From positions 1 to 32,000 of the forward strand of contig NZ_NVQC01000038.1 of the NCBI RefSeq assembly GCF_003044035.1: a stretch of 32,000 nt of DNA. Direction: 5' to 3'. Of the stretch, positions 16,052 to 23,573 are shown one piece after another. The notes beneath the pieces are model-generated. The model did not search any database, was not told the origin of the DNA, and saw only the letters and a list, made by a program, of their open reading frames with translations. Origin of the DNA: Candidatus Methylomirabilis limnetica (GTDB lineage Bacteria > Methylomirabilota > Methylomirabilia > Methylomirabilales > Methylomirabilaceae). The position numbers and the translations under genes were made by a program. Each line of letters starts with the position of its first letter. Within the stretch, counting starts at the first letter, position 1.

Positions 16052-18922
16052 TCAGGCGCTCCGCCTTAATATCGCTGCAATCCTGGCCTGAAGTTCATCC
16101 AATCGGAACGGCTTTGTGATGTAATCATCTGCGCCGGCCCTGAGTCCGGTGACGACATCGTCTTTGTCGCCGTATCCTGTCATCATGATAATTGGGATGT
16201 TTCGATACTGGGGGTGGTCACGCAACGCCTGGCACACCTGGAGACCATTTTGGTCCGGCAGCTTTACATCGAGAAGGATGAGATGGGGGCGCTGACGCTG
16301 GATTCGATCGAATCCGTCGCGGGCGCTACAGGCTGTTGCCACCTCATACGTACCGTTCACGGCCTCTTTCACCAAATCGCAGAGGGTCTTATCATCATCA
16401 ATGACCAGGATGCGATACTTTTCACCAACCTCAGGAACCGAGAATGCAGACTCCTTGAGAGAAGGAGCATAACTCGGGATCATGTCATGTATCTGTCGCA
16501 GAAGGGCGGGCACGTCGCCAACCATCGCCAGAGTTTCGAGGCGGTTAAGACGCTCCTCCATATCCCCGAAGGAGGCCTGCGGCTGCCGCACCGCGAAGAT
16601 CCGGTCATATTCTGACACCAGAACTTCGTCGTCGTCCCAAAGGCTCTCGTGCAACTTCTCCCCTGGGCGCAATCCTGTGTATCGCTTTGTGACTCGCGAT
16701 GGGTTCAGACCTGACGTCAGGGCGAGGTTATTCACCAGTTCGTCGATCTTGACCGGCTCTCCCATGTTCAGGATAAACACGTCCTCCTCGCAGTCCATCG
16801 TACTGCTCTGCAACACCAGTCCAACCGCTTCGGGTATCGTCATGAAGAAGCGTGTCATCTGTGGGTCTGTGATAGTAATGGGCTCTCCATTCTCGATCTG
16901 CTTCTGGAAGAGGGGCACCACACTTCCGGCGCTGCCGAGCACGTTACCAAATCTCACGACAAAGAAATGAGGCGTCCCGCTTAACCCGTGTGACTGTCGG
17001 AGGACTCGATTGAGGGCTATAATGTACATCTCGCTCACCTTCTTCGTCGCCCCCATCAAGCTTTTCGGCCTCACGGCCTTATCGGTTGAGATGAAGACGA
17101 AGGTGTTTACGTCAAACTTCTGCGCAACTTCAGCCAGACGTTTCGTCCCGATGATATTGTTGAGAACCGCCTCTCCCGGATGGTCCTCCAGGATCGGCAC
17201 GTGTTTATAGGCTGCGGCGTGGAACACAACCTGCGGCCTCGTGCGTTCGAATATCTCCGACATGCGTGGAATATGCTTGATGTCCGCAAGGGCTGCCGTT
17301 ACGTTGGCCTCGGGGGAATGTTGTCGGATCTCCAATGAGATGTGGTGCAGGGCATTCTCGGCGCGTTCGACCATGATGAGCGATTCAACACCACAACTGA
17401 TAAGTTGCCGACATAGTTCTGAACCAATGGATCCCCCCGCTCCGGTCACCATGACCCGCTTTCCGCGGAAAAACTCGGTAATCGCCTCTCGGTTGATGGC
17501 CACCGGTTCTCGCCCAAGCAATTCATCAACGTTCACCTTTCGAAGATACCGCAGGTTTCCATCCCCCCGCACGAGCTGGGTAAAAGACGGGAGGGTCTTG
17601 AATTCCAGACCAGCCCCGGCGCAGATGCTGCCGATGCGGCGTAGCCCGTTACCAGTCGCGGTCGAAATCGCGATGATCGCTTCCTGAATCGCATACGTCT
17701 TCGCGATGTCAGGAAGCCTGTCGATTGTGCCGAGCACAGGCCGGCCATGAATGGTCGCCCCCTGCTTTTTGGGATCGTCGTCGACGAATCCGATGAGTCC
17801 GTAACCCGACAACGGATTGCCAAGGATTTCCCTTGCGATCAATTCACCGGTTTCCCCTGCCCCGATAATGACAACCTTGCGGCTATTGGTTGGGGATGTG
17901 TCACTACTCAGGTGTTTAGGCTGAAGGCTGAAGCTCGACCGCACGAGGAGCCGCATCCCTCCTGTAAGCAGGACCGTCAAAGGCATGGTCAATATGAGAA
18001 TCGATCTCGGATAGCCATGCCATCCCATAAGGACCACGGCGAAACCGTGCAGACCTCCTCCTATAGCTGATGCCTTGATAATCTGCCACAGGTCCTCTAC
18101 GCCTGCAAACTTCCAGATGCTCCTATGGGTCCGGAGCGTTACGAAGGATACGAGATAGGCCGCGCAGACAATGGGAAGGCCGTAAAGGAGATGCTGCGTC
18201 TCCTTCTCAGGAAGTGCCCAATCAAACCTGACCATGAAAGCCGATAGGTTTGCCGCAATAACAGCGAGGCAGTCCAGCGTCAACCTCGCATATTTTTGTA
18301 TGTGGGGGGGCGGATTCAGTGTTGTGAGGATCCTTTCCCCTATCGCTATAGGCGTTCGGATTACGTACCAGAGATCACCGGCAAGCGAGCGCGTACGGAC
18401 GTACTCTCGGTCGCTCTCGAGTTTCTCCTGCATGAACTGCTTGGTATAGTGTTCATAGACATCAACTCCAGGAGGAAACGTATCCGACTCACCTACCCAG
18501 GCAAGTTGCGTTGGACCAGTGATTCCCGGTTTGACTTCCAAGATCGCGCGTTGTTCTGGCGTGTACTGTTCAACTATTGCAGGAATCTCCGGACGAGGCC
18601 CGACAAGGCTCATGTCGCCTTTCAGGACATTGATGATCTGGGGGAGCTCGTCGATCTTCAGCAGCCTGAGCAATCTGCCCACCCGAGTGACACGCGGGTC
18701 GGCGTTCCCTGTCAGATGAGGGCCAACTTGGTCAGCATCGACAACCATAGATCTGAATTTCAGAATCCTGAAGGTCTTCCCGCGCCTCCCGACGCGCTCC
18801 TGAGCATAGAAGACTAAACCTGGGGAATCCAGCTTAATGGCGATGGCCACGAGGAGAAAGATGGGCAACAGCAGCACAAGCGCCACCAGGGAGAATATGA
18901 GATCTATCGCCCGCTTCAGCAT
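16052..18922 (-). CDS. Tri-domain fusion: PglC-type phosphoglycosyltransferase + PglF/CapD/WbpM-type membrane UDP-sugar 4,6-dehydratase + C-terminal response-regulator receiver domain
   Basis: This is one uninterrupted 956-aa ORF. Residues 1-200 (18323-18922) have a re-entrant helix, KIDELPQ (Asp-Glu dyad) and LVGPRPE. Residues ~210-785 (16568-18295) have four hydrophobic segments, VVIIGAGETGE, VMVTGAGGSIGSEL, ISTDKAV and GATKKVSE. Residues ~836-956 (16055-16417) have ILVIDDD, LILLDVKLPD (Asp885 at 16268-16270), IIMMTGY and YITKPF. The Shine-Dalgarno GGAGAAGG precedes the ATG. Confidence 0.85.
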   Translation of the reverse strand: MLKRAIDLIFSLVALVLLLPIFLLVAIAIKLDSPGLVFYAQERVGRRGKTFRILKFRSMVVDADQVGPHLTGNADPRVTRVGRLLRLLKIDELPQIINVLKGDMSLVGPRPEIPAIVEQYTPEQRAILEVKPGITGPTQLAWVGESDTFPPGVDVYEHYTKQFMQEKLESDREYVRTRSLAGDLWYVIRTPIAIGERILTTLNPPPHIQKYARLTLDCLAVIAANLSAFMVRFDWALPEKETQHLLYGLPIVCAAYLVSFVTLRTHRSIWKFAGVEDLWQIIKASAIGGGLHGFAVVLMGWHGYPRSILILTMPLTVLLTGGMRLLVRSSFSLQPKHLSSDTSPTNSRKVVIIGAGETGELIAREILGNPLSGYGLIGFVDDDPKKQGATIHGRPVLGTIDRLPDIAKTYAIQEAIIAISTATGNGLRRIGSICAGAGLEFKTLPSFTQLVRGDGNLRYLRKVNVDELLGREPVAINREAITEFFRGKRVMVTGAGGSIGSELCRQLISCGVESLIMVERAENALHHISLEIRQHSPEANVTAALADIKHIPRMSEIFERTRPQVVFHAAAYKHVPILEDHPGEAVLNNIIGTKRLAEVAQKFDVNTFVFISTDKAVRPKSLMGATKKVSEMYIIALNRVLRQSHGLSGTPHFFVVRFGNVLGSAGSVVPLFQKQIENGEPITITDPQMTRFFMTIPEAVGLVLQSSTMDCEEDVFILNMGEPVKIDELVNNLALTSGLNPSRVTKRYTGLRPGEKLHESLWDDDEVLVSEYDRIFAVRQPQASFGDMEERLNRLETLAMVGDVPALLRQIHDMIPSYAPSLKESAFSVPEVGEKYRILVIDDDKTLCDLVKEAVNGTYEVATACSARDGFDRIQRQRPHLILLDVKLPDQNGLQVCQALRDHPQYRNIPIIMMTGYGDKDDVVTGLRAGADDYITKPFRLDELQARIAAILRRSA

Positions 18923-18943
18923 CGCCTTCTCCGGCTCAACCCT

Positions 18944-19225
18944 TTACCCCCCATCCTCACCTTCCCCCTCAAGGGGGGAAGGGATTTCTGAGGGATGGAG
19001 AGCCCACTGCCGCCTCCGCCTTCCGCTAACAAGAGTGGCCCGCAAGGGGGGAAGGGACACCCATTTCGGAATCCTCCCCCCTTGTGGGGGGGGTAATGCC
19101 TCTACTCGCAGGGGAGAACTCCAGACCTCCCGACAGACGGGCGGGGATAAACCCCGCCCCTACACCCCCCATCCTATCCTTCCCCCGCCAGGGGGGAAGG
19201 GAAGTGCGGCGGGACCTGTCCGGAT
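18944..19225 (+). repeat. Mosaic of GC-rich hairpin repeats (modules A, C, P-A)
   Basis: Module A is at 18947-18984 and a C-like hairpin at about 19070-19092. P-A is at 19137-19225 (GGGCGGGGATAAACCCCGCCCCTACACCCCCCATCCTATCCTTCCCCCGCCAGGGGGGAAGGGAAGTGCGG). Confidence 0.85.
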
Positions 19226-19308
19226 AATGACAAAGCCCACCTGCCGCAATGGAGCGTAGCGGAATAGCGATCAGGTGCAGCACCTTGTTAGGCAAAGATT
19301 TCATCAAC

Positions 19309-19509
19309 TTATACGGTCTCAAATTGCAAACTCTTTAGCATTTGCACTGGGACGCGCTTGCTTAAGCCCAGTATCTCAACCCCGACTACGTTGTCATTTG
19401 CATCATAGTCGAGAATTACGCCTGGTTTAACCTCCTCGGACTCGACAATGGCTGACTCATCGAGCCGAAAATATAACGCGTCATTCTTGTGATCCACCTT
19501 TAATCTCAT
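19309..19509 (-). CDS. DUF2283-family small protein (putative antitoxin-like partner)
   Basis: 66 aa: MRLKVDHKNDALYFRLDESAIVESEEVKPGVILDYDANDNVVGVEILGLSKR. Its start overlaps the upstream gene's stop as ATGA. Confidence 0.8.
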   Translation of the reverse strand: MRLKVDHKNDALYFRLDESAIVESEEVKPGVILDYDANDNVVGVEILGLSKRVPVQMLKSLQFETV

Positions 19510-19754
19510 TGCGGCCTCCTTACTCTACGGTCAAAGAAGACAGTGACGATTCTCTGAGGCCGGGCATCCGGATTCACAACAACCCGTAAATATCGTCCAC
19601 CGTGCTGCTCAATAGATCGAATATAGTGAAGCATTCCATCATCCTTTGGTTGCTTCTTCTCGGGATCTTCTAAAGCCAACTCTACCCAAGCTTCTTGAAT
19701 GTTCCGCTCCCTTAGCATATCATAAGCATGTTCAGAGAACTCATACTCGATCAT
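19506..19754 (-). CDS. DUF4258-family small protein (putative toxin-like)
   Basis: 82 aa: FSEHAYDMLRERNIQEAWVELALEDP...GGRYLRVVVNPDARPQRIVTVFF. Confidence 0.75.
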   Translation of the reverse strand: MIEYEFSEHAYDMLRERNIQEAWVELALEDPEKKQPKDDGMLHYIRSIEQHGGRYLRVVVNPDARPQRIVTVFFDRRVRRPQ

Positions 19755-19764
19755 GCCTGCCTAT

Positions 19765-19865
19765 GTGCCGCAGGCGCCGGACCTCCATCCCCCCCACCCA
19801 GAGGGTACCCGGGAGAAGGGATAGGAGAGGGAGAGCCTTCCCTCCATCGGCACCGTTCGGTCACA
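19765..19865 (+). repeat. Degenerate copy of the GC-rich repeat family
   Basis: CCATCCCCCCCACCCAGAGGGTACCCGGGAGAAGGGATAGGAGAGGGAGAGCCTTCCCTCC resembles modules A/ext but has diverged. Confidence 0.4.
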
Positions 19866-19945
19866 TCGTGAGGCGTGAGGAGGAGCCCCTTATGCCTTCC
19901 GATTGAAGAACCACGTAACTTGCTCATCCTCGCTTTCACTCTCCG

Positions 19946-20257
19946 CTATGTCGTAAGGCGGCTAGACCTGTGATTGAGCCATTTCTTGAAAGAGGCCTGA
20001 CTTTCGCCTGAGGGTTTCCCAGCCAATAGACCCTCAACGCTCACATCCTCATCGATGTCTTCCCAGTGGATACCCTGCCCCTCACCAATCAGCCTCCAGT
20101 GACTTCGTTCTTGTTGGGTCGCATGCACAAGGCGAGGGAACCACGCAAGTGGGACTGAGATCGTCCGCCCGTCGCTCAAATCCACGCTCAGCGTATCGTC
20201 GGTTACCGTAATGCTTTCAGCATTTGGAACCTCAATCTCAACTGCCGAAGTAGTCAT
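19946..20257 (-). CDS. DUF2442-family small protein (putative antitoxin-like)
   Basis: It contains ITVTDDTLSVDLSDGRTISVPLAWFPRLVHATQQERSHWRLIGEGQGIHWEDIDEDVSVEGLLAG. The start could be the ATG at 20257, 20284 or 20290. Confidence 0.8.
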   Translation of the reverse strand: MTTSAVEIEVPNAESITVTDDTLSVDLSDGRTISVPLAWFPRLVHATQQERSHWRLIGEGQGIHWEDIDEDVSVEGLLAGKPSGESQASFKKWLNHRSSRLTT

Positions 20258-20474
20258 TCCACGCCTCCATGAATCTTGGGTCATGCTCATTCACGAGTTG
20301 CTGAATTCGACCGATTTCTGCTCGAGTAAATCTACCACTCTTTTGTAGCCGTATCGGATCCAGCCAGAACTTTGCAATTTTGCTGTTCCGTTCCACATGA
20401 ATGTGCGGCGGTTCATCTCGATCGCCGGCGTAGAAGAAGAACCGATACGGGCCAACTTTCAGTACCGTCGGCAT
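20238..20474 (-). CDS. DUF4160-family small protein (putative toxin-like)
   Basis: 78 aa: MPTVLKVGPYRFFFYAGDRDEPPHIHVERNSKIAKFWLDPIRLQKSGRF. It begins 6 nt after the aminotransferase stop. Confidence 0.8.
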   Translation of the reverse strand: MPTVLKVGPYRFFFYAGDRDEPPHIHVERNSKIAKFWLDPIRLQKSGRFTRAEIGRIQQLVNEHDPRFMEAWNDYFGS

Positions 20475-20479
20475 GAGCC

Positions 20480-21673
20480 CTATCTCCGAAGGGTGTGGAG
20501 TGTGTCGTGTACGGACTCGATCACTCGCCCTATGTCGGCATTCGTCATCGCCGGATAGATTGGGAGCGAGACCGCACGCTCGAAGATATGTTCGGCGTTC
20601 GGAAACGCTCCCTGATGGTAGCCAAATGACCGCTGATAGACGGGGTGCAGATGAAGGGGAATGAAGTGAACGGAGGTCCCAATGCCCTTCTCTCCAAGGG
20701 AGCGAATGACCTCGTCTCGCCCACTAGCCAAGGCGGGAAGATTGAGTTGTAAGATGTACAGGTGCCAGGCGTGTGTGCCGTAGTCGGCCTCTTGAGGGAT
20801 CACGCACGTCTCCAGACCTGAGAAGCTCTCGCTATACATCCGAGCAATCTCTCGCCGTCGCTTGTAAAAGTCATCCGACCTTCTGAGTTGCTGGATTCCC
20901 AACGCCGCAGCCAGATCGGTCAGGTTGTATTTAAATCCGAAATCGAGGATCTCGTAATACCAGTGTCCCTTATCGGAGTACCGGTTCCAGGCATCACCAC
21001 TCAGACCATGGAGGCTCATCCGCTTCATTCTGGCGGCATGGTCGTCGCGCATCGTCGCGATCATCCCGCCCTCTCCAGTGGTTATCGGCTTGGTGGCATA
21101 AAAGCTGAAGGCCGTGAGATCACCAATAGCCCCGATCATCTTTCCTTTGTAGGTGGCATGAAGGGCATGAGCGGCATCCTCAATGACGTGAAGGTGATGC
21201 TCCCTGGCAAGTTCCATGATCGGATCCATGTCACATGCCTGCCCGGCGATGTGAACGGGGATGATGGCCTTGGTCTTCGGCGTGATCAGCGGTGCTACCG
21301 TAGCCGCATCAATATTGAAGGTGTCAGGCCGGCAGTCGGCCAGGACAGGACGAGCCCCGAGGTAAGTCACCACTTCTCCGGTGGCGGCAAACGTATAGGT
21401 GGGGAGGATCACCTCGTCGCCTGCCCCGACGCCAACTGCATCGAGAGCCAGATGGAGCGCGGCGGTGCAGGAGTTGACGGCAATGGCATGCTTGGCGCCA
21501 ACGTAGGCGGCAAAGGCCTCCTCGAATTGTCTGACCTTCGGACCAGTCGTCAGCCAGCCGGAGCGAAGCACTTCGACGACTTCGGCGATCTCTTCTTCGC
21601 CAATCGAGGGGAGATGGAAGGGAATCTTTTGTTGTTGTCCGTTCTGCATGTTGTTCACAGTAACAAGCGGCAT
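20480..21673 (-). CDS. DegT/DnrJ/EryC1/StrS-family PLP aminotransferase (PglE-like nucleotide-sugar 4-aminotransferase)
   Basis: 397 aa. It contains AVNSCTAALHLALDAVGVGAGDEVILPTYTFAATGE, VIEDAAHAL and the Schiff-base Lys motif FSFYATKPITTGEGG. Confidence 0.9.
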   Translation of the reverse strand: MPLVTVNNMQNGQQQKIPFHLPSIGEEEIAEVVEVLRSGWLTTGPKVRQFEEAFAAYVGAKHAIAVNSCTAALHLALDAVGVGAGDEVILPTYTFAATGEVVTYLGARPVLADCRPDTFNIDAATVAPLITPKTKAIIPVHIAGQACDMDPIMELAREHHLHVIEDAAHALHATYKGKMIGAIGDLTAFSFYATKPITTGEGGMIATMRDDHAARMKRMSLHGLSGDAWNRYSDKGHWYYEILDFGFKYNLTDLAAALGIQQLRRSDDFYKRRREIARMYSESFSGLETCVIPQEADYGTHAWHLYILQLNLPALASGRDEVIRSLGEKGIGTSVHFIPLHLHPVYQRSFGYHQGAFPNAEHIFERAVSLPIYPAMTNADIGRVIESVHDTLHTLRR

Positions 21674-21742
21674 TTGCTATCTCTTGCCATCCATCACGCT
21701 CTTCTTCTTCTTCCTAGTGTAGTATATCCAACGATTCTTTTC

Positions 21743-21827
21743 AATCCGTTCGCCCTGAGCCTGTCGAAGGGTGAAGTATTTCAATTGGTTCCGTTCATGG
21801 GTTCGACAAGCTCACCACGAACGGATT
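21743..21827. repeat. ~85-bp imperfect palindrome (SLSKGE/FDKLTTNG-type repeat)
   Basis: The outer arms AATCCGTTCG (21743-21752) and CGAACGGATT (21818-21827) match perfectly. The inner arms GAGCCTGTCGAA (21757-21768) and TTCGACAAGCTC (21802-21813) match at 11 of 12 positions. Confidence 0.8.
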
Positions 21828-21875
21828 GTAAAGGTATTTGTGAGGCACTACACTAGAGTCTTGGGCTCATGGCAC

Positions 21876-21985
21876 GTGGGATGGGCGGGGATAAACCCCG
21901 CCCCTACATCCCCCCCATCCTCACCTTCCCCCGCCAGGGGAGAAGGGAAGTGCGGCGGTACCTTCACCCGGTGGGGGGAGGGAAG
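21876..21985 (+). repeat. P-A composite repeat copy
   Basis: GTGGGATGGGCGGGGATAAACCCCGCCCCTACATCCCCCCCATCCTCACCTTCCCCCGCCAGGGGAGAAGGGAAGTGCGGCGGTACCTTCACCCGGTGGGGGGAGGGAAG. Confidence 0.9.
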
Positions 21986-21993
21986 TATGATTG

Positions 21994-22212
21994 TTAGCCC
22001 TTGATAACTTGCTCCTCTATCGGGACCTTGCTTATGAGGAGCTCTTTCATGTCTACTTTCTTGCTAGCATTATCAATGTCGATACCCACGATATTCCCAT
22101 CAACATCATAATCGAGGATCACTCCTTCCGATATCTCTTTGCTGTCAGCGCTGACCTTGCCCGACAAATCTATGTAGAGAGAATCAGTGTCTGGATAGTA
22201 GTTCAACCTCAT
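21994..22212 (-). CDS. DUF2283-family small protein (no DUF4258 partner adjacent)
   Basis: 72 aa: MRLNYYPDTDSLYIDLSGKVSADSKEISEGVILDYDVDGNIVGIDIDNASKK. Confidence 0.8.
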   Translation of the reverse strand: MRLNYYPDTDSLYIDLSGKVSADSKEISEGVILDYDVDGNIVGIDIDNASKKVDMKELLISKVPIEEQVIKG

Positions 22213-22236
22213 GGCTTATACCCCCGATGTCGCAGG

Positions 22237-22373
22237 GGAAGGCTTTACGCTCTCCCGTGGGATGGGCGGGGATAAACCCCGCCCCTACATCCCCTCATCC
22301 TGTCCTTCCCCCACAAGTAGGGAAGGGAGGTGCGGTGGTACCTTCACCCGGGGAGGGGAAGGGAAAGAATCGC
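22237..22373 (+). repeat. P-A composite repeat copy (with GGAAGGCTTTACGCTCTCCCGTGG leader)
   Basis: GGAAGGCTTTACGCTCTCCCGTGGGATGGGCGGGGATAAACCCCGCCCCTACATCCCCTCATCCTGTCCTTCCCCCACAAGTAGGGAAGGGAGGTGCGGTGGTACCTTCACCCGGGGAGGGGAAGGGA. Confidence 0.9.
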
Positions 22374-22424
22374 TTGCCCCGCCGTGCTCATTCCAGCTTG
22401 CGAGAGGAGTCCAGATACGAGCGG

Positions 22425-22724
22425 TTAGGCTCTCTTTGGCTTCGCTGTATGCTTTTTGGGGAGTAGTGGGATTAAACACCGCAAAGCCCTATTTACAGAC
22501 TCTGAGTTTGGGAAATATGCTCGAGTATCCGGCTCTAGAACCACTATGCCCTCTTTAGGCATCACGTCCTTAACAACAGTTGTACCATCTGCCTTACGGA
22601 TAGTCATCGTATACCCAGCTTGCATAGTCCTATAATGTTTACCACGCACTCCACACCTAAAATCATATTCGGTACGCATATCGTTGTCTTCCACCTGTAC
22701 CATTTTAGTCGCCACCTTCTTCAT
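22425..22724 (-). CDS. Small hypothetical protein with antitoxin-like signature
   Basis: 99 aa. It shows the pattern EYDFRCGVRGKHY ... VVLEPDTRAYFPNSESVNRALRCLI, which I recognise from small antitoxin-type proteins but cannot assign to a family without a search. The start could be a later Met, and GGAG lies 12 nt upstream of the ATG at 22724. Confidence 0.55.
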   Translation of the reverse strand: MKKVATKMVQVEDNDMRTEYDFRCGVRGKHYRTMQAGYTMTIRKADGTTVVKDVMPKEGIVVLEPDTRAYFPNSESVNRALRCLIPLLPKKHTAKPKRA

Positions 22725-22742
22725 AAAGTTCCCGCTCCGATG

Positions 22743-22882
22743 AGGTGGAGGGTATACTGGGAAGGCTTACGCTCTCCCGTGGGATGGGCGGGGATAAACC
22801 CCGCCCCCACATCCCCCCCATCCTCACCTTCCCCCGCCACGGGGGAAGGGAAGCGCGGTGGTACCTTCACCAGGTGGTGGGA
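22743..22882 (+). repeat. P-A composite repeat copy (full-length form)
   Basis: AGGTGGAGGGTATACTGGGAAGGCTTACGCTCTCCCGTGGGATGGGCGGGGATAAACCCCGCCCCCACATCCCCCCCATCCTCACCTTCCCCCGCCACGGGGGAAGGGAAGCGCGGTGGTACCTTCACCAGGTGGTGGGAGAGAGGG. Confidence 0.9.
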
Positions 22883-22962
22883 GAGAGGGTCCGATGGCGT
22901 GTAGTGAGCGAAACAGACCGCAAACACACTGTTATCCGAAGTTGCCCGGCTTGTTCCTACGA

Positions 22963-23208
22963 TCAGGCAAAGGCTTTTGCCGGCATCTCAATGTAGCGAT
23001 CTGGTTCTTCTACCTTACCATGAATGGCAAAGAACTGCCGCTCGATTTCCTTGAGAACAACCGCATCGTAGTAGACCATGCCACAATTCAGGCATACTTC
23101 AACAGGGGTATTCGGCACCAGCAAGTATTTCCCCTCGTGGCTATAGAGATACTCAATCCTTCGTTCCTCATGGCGGTCACTGCCGCAGAAATTACACTCT
23201 ATTGCCAT
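22963..23208 (-). CDS. YgiT/MqsA-type zinc-finger protein (putative antitoxin)
   Basis: It reads MAIECNFCGSDRHEERRIEYLYSHEGKYLLVPNTPVEVCLNCGMVYYD, with two CxxC pairs. The likely ATG is at 23208; the track ORF starts further upstream at 23232. Confidence 0.75.
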   Translation of the reverse strand: MAIECNFCGSDRHEERRIEYLYSHEGKYLLVPNTPVEVCLNCGMVYYDAVVLKEIERQFFAIHGKVEEPDRYIEMPAKAFA

Positions 23209-23516
23209 CCTCGTCTTTCTCCTCGCGTCCAAGGGTCAATGAACTTCGGCGGGCGTGGAATGTATACGGTGATAAGTACTACCTTTTCCCCACGCCAGCC
23301 GCATACGACGTGAATAGGTATCTTCCCAGCAAAACCTACGACCAGACAACTCTCACCGCGTCCAATATCAGGATACTGCTCAAGGATCTTACTATTCAAT
23401 AGAGCCTCTTCTACTTGAGCGAAGGTTAATCCGTCCGCTCTCCGCTCAATCTCGGCATGATGGCTGTAAACATACCTGTTGTCGCGAACCCTCGCCTTTA
23501 TCTCTTCAATGTCCAT
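23199..23516 (-). CDS. DUF4258-family small protein (putative toxin-like)
   Basis: 105 aa: RYVYSHHAEIERRADGLTFAQVEEALLNSKILEQYPDIGRGESCLVVGFAGKIPIHVVCGWRGEKVVLITVYIP. Confidence 0.75.
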   Translation of the reverse strand: MDIEEIKARVRDNRYVYSHHAEIERRADGLTFAQVEEALLNSKILEQYPDIGRGESCLVVGFAGKIPIHVVCGWRGEKVVLITVYIPRPPKFIDPWTRGERRGWQ

Positions 23517-23573
23517 CTCTGCTCATAACGATACCCACTACTACTGACGGCTCCCACGTCATGCGTCGCTCCT

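Noticed and set aside
20888-21856. 322-aa plus-strand ORF
   Set aside because: It is fully antisense to the well-supported DegT aminotransferase and has no recognisable motifs, so it is a shadow ORF.
21870-21884. TGGCAC, resembling a sigma-54 -24 element
   Set aside because: It is on the plus strand, where no gene follows. The -12 position lacks TTGC (it reads GTGGGATGG), and the site lies at the edge of a repeat copy.
22211-22904. Several 64-115-aa ORFs on both strands (22211..22558, 22227..22466, 22285..22479, 22620..22904, 22721..22927). Similar ones occur at 18837..19322, 23650..23976 and 25245..25454.
   Set aside because: They are translations of the P-A/A/C repeats. The same peptides (GMGGDKPRPY, GWAGINPAPTSPP, PSPLAGEGEDGGDVGAGFIPAHPTGERKPSQYT) recur wherever the repeat recurs, in whichever frame happens to be open.
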